Assembly (NCBI GenBank): GCA_017475605.1
Contig: JAFVFD010000005.1
Location: forward strand, 360,001 to 392,000
DNA: 32,000 nt
Source of the DNA: Alphaproteobacteria bacterium
GTDB lineage: Bacteria; Pseudomonadota; Alphaproteobacteria; Rs-D84
Direction: 5' to 3'
The stretch's first letter is position 1. Each line of letters opens with the position of its first letter. The notes under the pieces were generated by a model that ran no database searches, had not been told where the DNA came from, and saw only the letters and a program-made list of their open reading frames with translations. Below are positions 14,920 to 22,335 of this stretch, one piece after another. The position numbers and the translations under genes are program-made.

Positions 14920-17085
14920 ATGTTATTCGGTTTATTGAATAAAGACGAAAAAACACATTTGAATAATCCAGTTGTAGTGGAAGTCCAATATGGTGATGAA
15001 ACACTGCGTCTGGAAACAGGCCGCATGGCCAAACAGGCAAACGGTGCCGTTTTGGCGACAATGGGTGGCACAATGGTTTTGGCAACCGTATGCGCAGAAA
15101 AAACAGCAGTCGAAGGTCAGGACTTTTTCCCATTAACCGTTGATTATCAGGAAAAGTTTGCGTCCGCTGGTCGTATTCCGGGTTCACGCGACAGACGTGA
15201 AGGCAAGGCATCAACCGCAGAAACATTGATTGCGCGTTTAATTGACCGTCCAATTCGTCCGTTGTTCCCAGAAACATTTAAAAACAAGGTTCAGATTATC
15301 GCACAAACATTTTCATACGATAAAAAGAATCAACCTGATATTTTGGCAATGATTGCGTCCAGTGCTGCATTGGCATTATCCGGTGTTCCATTTGCGGGCC
15401 CAATTGGTGCGGCGCGTGTCGGGTTTGCCAACGGACAATATATTTTGAACCCATCGAAAAAGGCGGTCGAAGATTCCGAAATGGATTTGGTTGTTGCCGC
15501 AACAAAAGATGGTGTTTTGATGGTTGAATCTGAAATCGGTGAATTGGACGAAAAGACAACTTTGGGTGCGGTCAAATTTGGTTTTGATGCACAGCAAACT
15601 GTTATCAACGCGATTAACGAATTAACGGCCAAGGCCGGCAAAGAACGTTGGGCAACACCTGAAAAGACCGCTGAATATATCGCGATGGAAAAAGATTTCG
15701 AACAATTTGCTGGTCAAATTGAAGAAGCATTAACCATCAAGGAAAAATTAGTGCGTCTTGAAACATTGGGCAACATTCATGTTGCGGCCAAGGCGCGTAT
15801 CCCTGAATTATTCCCAGATACAACGGTTGCGACATCTACATTGGAATCGGCCGCCGATGAAATTATTGAAAATATTACTGCACGCATTATGCGTTCAAAT
15901 ATTTTGGCGGGCAAACCACGTATTGATGGTCGTGATACAAAAACTGTTCGTCCGATTGAAATTGAATTGGGCGTATTGCCACGCGCACATGGTTCTGCGT
16001 TGTTCACACGTGGTGAAACCCAGGCATTGGTTTCATTAACATTGGGTGGCGGCAAAGATGCATTACCAATCGAAAGTTTGGATGGTGCCGAAGAACGCGA
16101 CTTTATCTTGAACTATAACTTCCCGGGCTATTCAGTTGGTGAAGCCAAGGGGTTAAAATCGCCGGGTCGTCGTGAATTGGGCCATGGTAATTTGGCATGG
16201 CGCGCATTACACCCGATGGTACCAAGCCGCGAAAAATTCGACTATGTTATTCGCGTTGTATCGGATATTTTGGAATCAAATGGTTCATCGTCAATGGCGA
16301 CAACATGTGGTGCAACATTGGCAATGATGGACGGTGGTGTTCCATTAACGCGTCCGGTTGCAGGTATTGCGATGGGCCTTATCAAAGAAGGCGATGATTA
16401 CGCAATTCTTACCGATATTTTGGGTGATGAAGACCACTTGGGCGACATGGACTTCAAGGTAACAGGTACAGATCGTGGTATTACCGCGTTGCAGATGGAT
16501 ATTAAAATCACATCTATTACATTTGAAATCATGGAACATGCATTGGCCCAGGCAAAAGATGGCCGTATGCACATTTTGGGTAAAATCGAAAAGGCTATCA
16601 AGGCACCGCGCAAAACGGTTTCTGAATTTGCCCCGCAAATGTACACCATGAAAATCAATCCAGACAAGGTTCGTGATGTTATCGGCAAGGGTGGTTCTGT
16701 AATTCAGGCATTAACCCGCGACACAAACACAACTATTGATTTGGAAGATGACGGTACAGTCAAGATTATGGCAACATCAAAGGAAGATGCAGATGCCGCA
16801 ATTGCGCGTATCAAAGACATCGTTGCTGAACCAGAAGTTGGCGAAATCTATGAAGGTGTCGTTTCTGGAATCAAGGACTTTGGTTTGTTCGTAAAAATCT
16901 TGAATGGTTTTGAATCTATGGTTCATATTTCTGAAATCACAGGCGAACGTATTGCCAAAATCGAAGATACCAAAATCAAAGAAGGCGATAAAGTATTCGT
17001 AAGATACTTGGGCGCAGACAAACGCGGTAAAACACGTATGTCTATGGTTGGTATCGACCAGAAAACTGGCCAAGAAACCAAATAA
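14920..17085 (+). CDS. pnp: Polyribonucleotide nucleotidyltransferase (PNPase)
   Basis: Two RNase PH-like domains (FFPLTVDYQEKFASAGRIPG, GSSSMATTCG), a KH domain (IGKGGSVIQAL) and an S1 domain (GEIYEGVVSGIKDFGLFV). A CAGGAG SD lies 7 nt upstream. Confidence 0.96.
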   Translation: MLFGLLNKDEKTHLNNPVVVEVQYGDETLRLETGRMAKQANGAVLATMGGTMVLATVCAEKTAVEGQDFFPLTVDYQEKFASAGRIPGSRDRREGKASTAETLIARLIDRPIRPLFPETFKNKVQIIAQTFSYDKKNQPDILAMIASSAALALSGVPFAGPIGAARVGFANGQYILNPSKKAVEDSEMDLVVAATKDGVLMVESEIGELDEKTTLGAVKFGFDAQQTVINAINELTAKAGKERWATPEKTAEYIAMEKDFEQFAGQIEEALTIKEKLVRLETLGNIHVAAKARIPELFPDTTVATSTLESAADEIIENITARIMRSNILAGKPRIDGRDTKTVRPIEIELGVLPRAHGSALFTRGETQALVSLTLGGGKDALPIESLDGAEERDFILNYNFPGYSVGEAKGLKSPGRRELGHGNLAWRALHPMVPSREKFDYVIRVVSDILESNGSSSMATTCGATLAMMDGGVPLTRPVAGIAMGLIKEGDDYAILTDILGDEDHLGDMDFKVTGTDRGITALQMDIKITSITFEIMEHALAQAKDGRMHILGKIEKAIKAPRKTVSEFAPQMYTMKINPDKVRDVIGKGGSVIQALTRDTNTTIDLEDDGTVKIMATSKEDADAAIARIKDIVAEPEVGEIYEGVVSGIKDFGLFVKILNGFESMVHISEITGERIAKIEDTKIKEGDKVFVRYLGADKRGKTRMSMVGIDQKTGQETK

Positions 17086-17090
17086 TTTAC

Positions 17091-17117
17091 ATACCCCACA
17101 CAACACGTGTGGGGTAT
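17091..17117 (+). terminator. Stem-loop downstream of pnp (probable terminator or 3' stabiliser, weak U-tract)
   Basis: ATACCCCACAC-AACAC-GTGTGGGGTAT, an 11-bp perfect stem. It is followed by ATAAAG rather than a T-run. Confidence 0.45.
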
Positions 17118-17140
17118 ATAAAGTTATGGGAGAGATAAAA

Positions 17141-17440
17141 ATGGATATGGAACAATTGATGGCGCAAGCCAAAGAATTACAAGACAAGGTTGCCGCCGCC
17201 CAGGATAAATTAGCGAAAACAAAAATTACAGGTATGGCATCGGGCGGTGCGTGTATTGTTGAAATGACCGGCAAATATGATTTGTTGTCTGTAAAATTAC
17301 GCGAAGATATCGCAGGGCGCAGCGCAGATCAAATTTCCAAAATTGTAATGGATGCGTTCCGCGATGCCAAGGCCAAGGCCGACAAAACTATTGATGCCGT
17401 TATGGGGGATGCAACCGCCGGCATGCCGTTGCCAATGTAA
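17141..17440 (+). CDS. ybaB: Nucleoid-associated protein YbaB/EbfC family
   Basis: MDMEQLMAQAKELQDKVAAAQDKLAKTKITGMASGGACIVEMTGKYDLLSVKL matches the YbaB family pattern. A GGGAGAG SD lies 6 nt before the ATG at 17141; the alternative ATG is at 17126. Confidence 0.82.
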   Translation: MDMEQLMAQAKELQDKVAAAQDKLAKTKITGMASGGACIVEMTGKYDLLSVKLREDIAGRSADQISKIVMDAFRDAKAKADKTIDAVMGDATAGMPLPM

Positions 17441-17455
17441 GTTATGGGGGCCAAA

Positions 17456-17659
17456 ATGGAAGAAAACAAATTATCTTTTGAAGAAGCATATAAACAATTA
17501 ACCGAACTGGTTAAGAAAATGGAATCTGGCGAATTGCCATTGGCTGAATCTGTTGCGGCATATGAACAGGGTATTAAGTTAAAAGCATACTGCGAACAGA
17601 TGTTAAAAGAAGCCGAATTGAAAATCGAAACATTAAAGGTATCCACCACACAACAATAA
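17456..17659 (+). CDS. xseB: Exodeoxyribonuclease VII small subunit
   Basis: LSFEEAYKQLTELVKKMESGELPLAESVAAYEQGIKL is the typical XseB helical hairpin. A GGGGG SD precedes the ATG at 17456; the alternative ATG is at 17444. Confidence 0.82.
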   Translation: MEENKLSFEEAYKQLTELVKKMESGELPLAESVAAYEQGIKLKAYCEQMLKEAELKIETLKVSTTQQ

Positions 17660-17669
17660 CGGTAAAAAC

Positions 17670-20207
17670 GTGTCTGAAAAAAGTAAATTAACGCCCGTTA
17701 TGCAGCAATATGTTGATATGAAATCGGAAAATCCCGATGCGTTGCTTATGTTCCGTTTGGGCGATTTTTACGAAGCGTTTTTTGATGATGCCAAAACAGT
17801 AAGTGAAAATCTGGGGCTGGTATTAACATCGCGTGGGTCCGATTCTGATGGTGAAAATATCCCTATGTGCGGCATTCCATGGCATGCAGCGGATAATTAT
17901 TTTGGTCGTCTGGTGCGAAGCGGTTTTAGTGTCGCACTGGTTGAACAAATGGAAACCCCGGCCGAGGCGAAACAGCGCGGACACAAGTATATTGAACGAC
18001 GCGTTATTCGGGTTTTAACACCGGGAACACTTACCGATGAAAACCTGCTTAATCCCAAAAATAGTAATTTCTTGATTGCGATTGTGCCAATGGAAAATGG
18101 CGCATTTGATATTGCGGGCTGTGATATTTCAACGGGCGAATTTTTTGTTGGTGAATCAGTCGATTTAATAGACGATATGGTGCGTGTTGCGCCGGCGGAA
18201 ATTATTTATCCGTCTGGTGTTGCGGAAAACGAAACTGTTTTACATATTCGCGATACATTTAAAACAACACCTGTATTTGAAAAGACATATATTCGCGCAG
18301 ATATTGATACGGTTGTATCGCGCGTATTCGGTGGCGCAATTGATGCCACGCGTGCCACAAAAAATATGAACAGTGCGGTATGTTTACTTGCGGGATATCT
18401 GTTTAATACGCAACGCGGTGCGGAAATAACTTTTCGTGCGCCACATGGATTTAAAAGTGGTGCGCAATTATTGATTGATTCGGCAACATGGAAAAGTTTG
18501 GAAATAGATGCCCCAATTAACGACGGTGGTGTTTGTTTGTTGGACGTTATCGACAGAACAAAGACATCGGCCGGTGCGCGTAAATTGCGTGGCTATCTGC
18601 GGTCGTTGTCGGGCGATATTGATACAATCAATTCGCGCGCAGAACATATTTCACATTTGTTAATAAACCCAAATGTTGCGGGTATGGTTGCAAATATGTT
18701 GGAATCGGTGCCGGATGTTGGACGCGCGTTATCACGTCTGTTGTCGGGGCGCGGCACACCACGCGACATGCGACATATTTACGATTTCTTGGTTCAATTG
18801 CCAAATGCGAAAATGATGGCATCAAAATTGGATGCCGGATTGGCACATGTATTTGAATCAATAAATACACACGATGCATTAACGGTGGAATTAAAATCTG
18901 CGCTGGCGGACGAATTGCCAACATTTTTCCGCGACGGTGGTGTGATTCGTGATGGCTTTGATTTGGCATTGGATAAGATGCGGGGCCTGTCGCATGGGGC
19001 GCGTGAAACTATCGCGGGCCTGCAATCGCAATATGCCGCGCAAACCGGTGTTCATACATTAAAGATTAAATATAACAATATCCTGGGGTATTTTATAGAG
19101 GTTCCATCCGCACGTGCCGATGTGTTAATGGCACCGGAATCGGGCTTTATACACCGTCAAACAATGGCGGGCAACATGCGTTTTACAACCGCGCAATTAA
19201 TTGATTTGGATAACGATGTTCGTAATGCTGCGGAACGCGCCGCTGGGATAGAGGCAGAAATTATCGCAAACCTTGTTTCCAAGATTCGTGATATTGCAGA
19301 TGATATTTTATCAACCGCCGATGCGTTGGCGGACCTGGACGTGTGGTTTGCGTTATCGCGGTGTGCATCTGAATATAATTGGGTGCGTCCAACAATCACA
19401 ACCGATAATGCGTTTGATATTGTTGGTGGTCGCCATCCTGTGATTGAATATGCGCTGCGCAAGAGTGGGGACGCATTTGTTAAAAATGATTGTAATTTAA
19501 ATGTTCGCCCAATCGCATTATTAACCGGACCAAACATGGCTGGTAAATCGACATATCTGCGCCAGAACGCGTTGATTGTTGTGTTGGCGCACATGGGTTC
19601 ATTTGTGCCGGCAACGCGCGCCACAATCGGAATTTGCGATCAATTATTTAGTCGTGTTGGGGCATCTGATAATTTGGCGGCGGGGCAATCAACCTTTATG
19701 GTGGAAATGAGTGAAACCGCCAACATTTTGCGTCGCGCAACAAACCGGTCTTTTATTATTTTTGATGAAATAGGGCGGGGCACTGCAACATACGACGGTA
19801 TGGCAATTGCCCAGGCGGTGTTGGAATATATGAATAACCTGCGGGCGCGAACATTGTTCGCAACACACTATCATGAATTAACCGCACTGGTTGGGGATAC
19901 GCCGGACAAATTACAAAATGTTGCGTGTTTAACAATAGATGTGCGCGAATATAACAACGAAATTATATTTATGCATAAAATTGTCGCGGGGGTCGCGAAT
20001 CGTTCATATGGTATTCATGTCGCGCGCATGGCGGGCATGCCGGTGGACGTTGTTGCGCGGGCGGCGGATGTTTTATCGGGTCTGGAAAATCGCACAAATG
20101 ATATTCCCACGCAAAAACAAAACGCGCCAACGCCACAAAAGCCGGCACACAGCGGGCGCGTGTCATCGCCCGGCGCCACAACACAACAACTTGATTTGTT
20201 CGGGTAA
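17670..20207 (+). CDS. mutS: DNA mismatch repair protein MutS
   Basis: TPVMQQY N-terminus with GDFYE mismatch-binding motif, Walker A GPNMAGKSTYLRQ, FDEIGRGTATYDG, and C-terminal QLDLF. GTG start. Confidence 0.96.
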   Translation: MSEKSKLTPVMQQYVDMKSENPDALLMFRLGDFYEAFFDDAKTVSENLGLVLTSRGSDSDGENIPMCGIPWHAADNYFGRLVRSGFSVALVEQMETPAEAKQRGHKYIERRVIRVLTPGTLTDENLLNPKNSNFLIAIVPMENGAFDIAGCDISTGEFFVGESVDLIDDMVRVAPAEIIYPSGVAENETVLHIRDTFKTTPVFEKTYIRADIDTVVSRVFGGAIDATRATKNMNSAVCLLAGYLFNTQRGAEITFRAPHGFKSGAQLLIDSATWKSLEIDAPINDGGVCLLDVIDRTKTSAGARKLRGYLRSLSGDIDTINSRAEHISHLLINPNVAGMVANMLESVPDVGRALSRLLSGRGTPRDMRHIYDFLVQLPNAKMMASKLDAGLAHVFESINTHDALTVELKSALADELPTFFRDGGVIRDGFDLALDKMRGLSHGARETIAGLQSQYAAQTGVHTLKIKYNNILGYFIEVPSARADVLMAPESGFIHRQTMAGNMRFTTAQLIDLDNDVRNAAERAAGIEAEIIANLVSKIRDIADDILSTADALADLDVWFALSRCASEYNWVRPTITTDNAFDIVGGRHPVIEYALRKSGDAFVKNDCNLNVRPIALLTGPNMAGKSTYLRQNALIVVLAHMGSFVPATRATIGICDQLFSRVGASDNLAAGQSTFMVEMSETANILRRATNRSFIIFDEIGRGTATYDGMAIAQAVLEYMNNLRARTLFATHYHELTALVGDTPDKLQNVACLTIDVREYNNEIIFMHKIVAGVANRSYGIHVARMAGMPVDVVARAADVLSGLENRTNDIPTQKQNAPTPQKPAHSGRVSSPGATTQQLDLFG

Positions 20208-20210
20208 AAT

Positions 20211-20816
20211 CTATTCGTTTAAAAAAACAGAGATGTTTTTAGCAAAATTTTCTAATGTTGTATGATACTCTTTTGATGTATCTAAAAAAACAAACTTGTT
20301 TTTTGATTCATTTTGATATTGTTTGCTTATGTTTATAAAATTTTGAATGCATAATCTTATTTGTTTATCATCAAGTTTGCTTACCGGGCTATTATTATCA
20401 AATTTTTTAATATTCGTAATTTTTTCATCTATATCCGCATTTGGGTATCCAATTACAACTATTTTGCACTTGTTTTGATCGAACAAATATTCTGATTGAG
20501 AAGGGGTAATTTGTGATCCTTCGAATATTATTGGAAAGTCTGATGTGGTTTCCTTAAAAAACCGTCTAACAAATCGGTAAAAATTACGTCGCAGTAATTT
20601 TTTACTTGTTCTTTTTACCGATGGAAAAATGTGTCGCAACGGTCTAATAAATATTCTCCACGCCAAACTCGCACGCTGGTCTGTTAAGCCACCAATAATA
20701 GCATCGCCTGACATCAATGTAACAGGAATCCCTTCTGTCCCAAGTTGTTCTATAACATATTTTACTAACGTAGATTTTCCTGCACGTGGCACACCAATTA
20801 TTATTAAGTTTTTCAT
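20211..20816 (-). CDS. P-loop NTPase / small-molecule-kinase-like protein, function unknown (AT-rich orphan)
   Basis: Walker A at the N-terminus (IIIGVPRAGKSTL) and a candidate Walker B (PIIFEG). I recognise no other motif. Composition is much more AT-rich than the flanking mutS and truB. Confidence 0.7.
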   Translation of the reverse strand: MKNLIIIGVPRAGKSTLVKYVIEQLGTEGIPVTLMSGDAIIGGLTDQRASLAWRIFIRPLRHIFPSVKRTSKKLLRRNFYRFVRRFFKETTSDFPIIFEGSQITPSQSEYLFDQNKCKIVVIGYPNADIDEKITNIKKFDNNSPVSKLDDKQIRLCIQNFINISKQYQNESKNKFVFLDTSKEYHTTLENFAKNISVFLNE

Positions 20817-20842
20817 TTTGTATTCTGCCTTTTGTTTTTGTT

Positions 20843-20875
20843 AAAAACAAAAACCACCAAAAATGAAATTGGTGG
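20843..20875 (-). terminator. Intrinsic terminator ending leader B, upstream of the P-loop gene
   Basis: On the minus strand: CCACCAA-TTTCATTT-TTGGTGG followed by TTTTTGTTTTT. Confidence 0.6.
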
Positions 20876-21034
20876 CAGGAGGTTCGTTACTATAATTGTT
20901 AGGAAAATAGTGTACAGTATTGGATATTTCTGCACCCTCCTGCCATATAACGGCAGGAGATGTTTTTCATCATTCCCTGATGCTAACAATTTCGAGGTAA
21001 CGACACCCCAATACAGATAAAATCACCTGTATCA
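20843..21034 (-). promoter_or_regulatory. Structured leader RNA B (about 190 nt, apparent paralogue of leader A)
   Basis: Hand-folded on the minus strand. H1 is 21032..21027/21016..21011. The long-range H2 is 21002..20997/20890..20885 plus 20991..20983/20902..20894. Three hairpins are 20982..20968, 20959..20937 and 20935..20912. The 10-bp antiterminator 20945..20936/20882..20873 overlaps the terminator 5' arm. Boundaries are approximate. Confidence 0.55.
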
Positions 21035-21040
21035 AGCCTG

Positions 21041-21069
21041 ATTATACATTAAATTTTTAAAAATAACAA
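21041..21069 (-). promoter_or_regulatory. Candidate promoter of leader B
   Basis: On the minus strand: TTGTTA (21069..21064), 17-nt spacer, TATAAT (21046..21041), preceded by TGT. Confidence 0.5.
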
Positions 21070-21086
21070 TTTATATTATATTTATG

Positions 21087-21115
21087 TTGTAAATCCGTTA
21101 ATCAAAATAGATAAT
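21087..21115 (+). promoter_or_regulatory. Candidate promoter placing the TSS on the truB start codon (leaderless)
   Basis: TTGTAA (21087..21092), 17-nt spacer, GATAAT (21110..21115). The ATG at 21122 lies 6 nt after the -10, and there is no SD. Confidence 0.4.
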
Positions 21116-21121
21116 ATAAAT

Positions 21122-21991
21122 ATGGACGGTTGGATAATTCTTGATAAAGATTCTGGTGTTTTTTCACGCACTGCGGGCGGTCGCGTGGCGCGTATGTTTG
21201 GCAATAAAAAATTCGGACATATTGGCACATTGGACCCGATGGCATCGGGGGTATTACCAATCGCAATCGGAAATGCCACAAAAATGATTCCGTTTGTCGA
21301 AGAAATAAACCCCGCAACCAAGGAATATTTGTTTTCCATGCGCTTTGGTTTTGAAACCGATACATTGGATATAACGGGGGCAACGGTTCGCGATGGTGGT
21401 GCGACACCGGCCGAATCGGAAATAGAAAAAATATTGCCGTCTTTTATCGGTGAACAGTTACAGACACCACCAATCTTTTCCGCGGTTCATGTTGCGGGCG
21501 CGCGGGCATACGAACTGGCGCGAAACAATAAAGAAGTTGATATTCCACCACGCAAAATCACAATTTACGAATTGGAATATACCGGAAAAAACGGCGATTC
21601 GTTTGGGTTTCGGGTGCATTGTGGCCGCGGTACATATGTACGCGCCATCGCGCGTGATATTGCGTATAAATTGGGAACAATTGCGACGGTTGATATGATA
21701 CGGCGCACAAAATCGGGGTGTTTTGATATAAAAAACGCGCAAAAACTTGATTTTCTGGAAAATCTGGTTAATAATGGGGGCGACATTGGAAAATATCTGA
21801 TGCCGGTGGATTCTGGACTGGGGGACATTCCGGTTTTGAATCTGAATGATAAGGATACCGAACTTTATGTTCATGGTGGCTTTATCAATGTGGCGCGGGA
21901 TGATGGATATTGCCGCATCTATAATGGTAAAACCTTTATTGGTGTTGGTGTGATATCCGGTTGGATCCTGCGACCGAAACGAACAATTTAA
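21122..21991 (+). CDS. truB: tRNA pseudouridine55 synthase TruB
   Basis: MDGWIILDKDSGVFS N-terminus, catalytic-Asp motif GHIGTLDPMASGVLPIAIG, and GTYVRAIARD. Confidence 0.93.
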   Translation: MDGWIILDKDSGVFSRTAGGRVARMFGNKKFGHIGTLDPMASGVLPIAIGNATKMIPFVEEINPATKEYLFSMRFGFETDTLDITGATVRDGGATPAESEIEKILPSFIGEQLQTPPIFSAVHVAGARAYELARNNKEVDIPPRKITIYELEYTGKNGDSFGFRVHCGRGTYVRAIARDIAYKLGTIATVDMIRRTKSGCFDIKNAQKLDFLENLVNNGGDIGKYLMPVDSGLGDIPVLNLNDKDTELYVHGGFINVARDDGYCRIYNGKTFIGVGVISGWILRPKRTI

Positions 21992-22009
21992 AAACAAAAG
22001 GAAACAATA

Positions 22010-22282
22010 ATGTCCGTTACAAAAGCAAAAAAAGCAGAATTGGTTGCTGCATATAAAACAACTGAAAAAGACAACGGGGGCAGTGCTGCATCCCAGGTTG
22101 CAGTTTTGACCGAACGCATTCGCAATTTGACCGAACATATGAAGGCGAATCACAAAGACGAACATTCAAAACGCGGTCTGTTGTTGATGGTTAACCGTCG
22201 TAAAAAGTTGTTGGCTTATATCAAGAAAAACAACGTTTCTGAATACGAAGATTTAATTAAGAAATTAGGTCTGCGTAAATAA
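22010..22282 (+). CDS. rpsO: 30S ribosomal protein S15
   Basis: 89-aa protein with [47 protein letters not shown]. An AAAGGA SD is present. Confidence 0.96.
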   Translation: MSVTKAKKAELVAAYKTTEKDNGGSAASQVAVLTERIRNLTEHMKANHKDEHSKRGLLLMVNRRKKLLAYIKKNNVSEYEDLIKKLGLRK

Positions 22283-22283
22283 T

Positions 22284-22314
22284 AAAAAAACACCGGCATT
22301 TGCCGGTGTTTTTT
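22284..22314. terminator. Bidirectional intrinsic terminator (copy 3 of the repeated palindrome)
   Basis: AAAAAAACACCGGCATTTGCCGGTGTTTTTT between convergent rpsO and infB. The core is identical to copy 2. Confidence 0.8.
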
Positions 22315-22335
22315 ATTAATCGCCAGTGTCGATTA

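Noticed and set aside
14666-15277. A 203-aa minus-strand ORF spanning the Yip1-like gene end, the pnp leader and the pnp 5' end
   Set aside because: It overlaps two well-supported genes and a promoter region. It has no SD and no recognisable domain.
20899-20973. Mini-ORFs inside the leaders: a 24-codon MMKNISCRYMAGGCRNIQYCTLFS in B, and an 8-codon MGIGFGLW at 5254..5280 in A
   Set aside because: They could be leader peptides, but neither has a properly spaced SD and the two peptides are unrelated. Not called as genes.
20843-21034. Leader B as a type III toxin-antitoxin RNA repeat array or a T-box
   Set aside because: The promoter-RNA-terminator-ORF layout resembles ToxIN, but there are no tandem direct repeats; only CTCCTGCC recurs, about 75-80 nt apart, as pairing partners. 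AGGGTGCAG resembles the T-box core only loosely, and there is no bulged UGGN antiterminator or specifier-loop architecture.
21458-22165. A 235-aa minus-strand ORF
   Set aside because: It is antisense to truB and rpsO. The translation is Cys/Phe/Ile/Asn-rich with no motif, so it is a shadow ORF.
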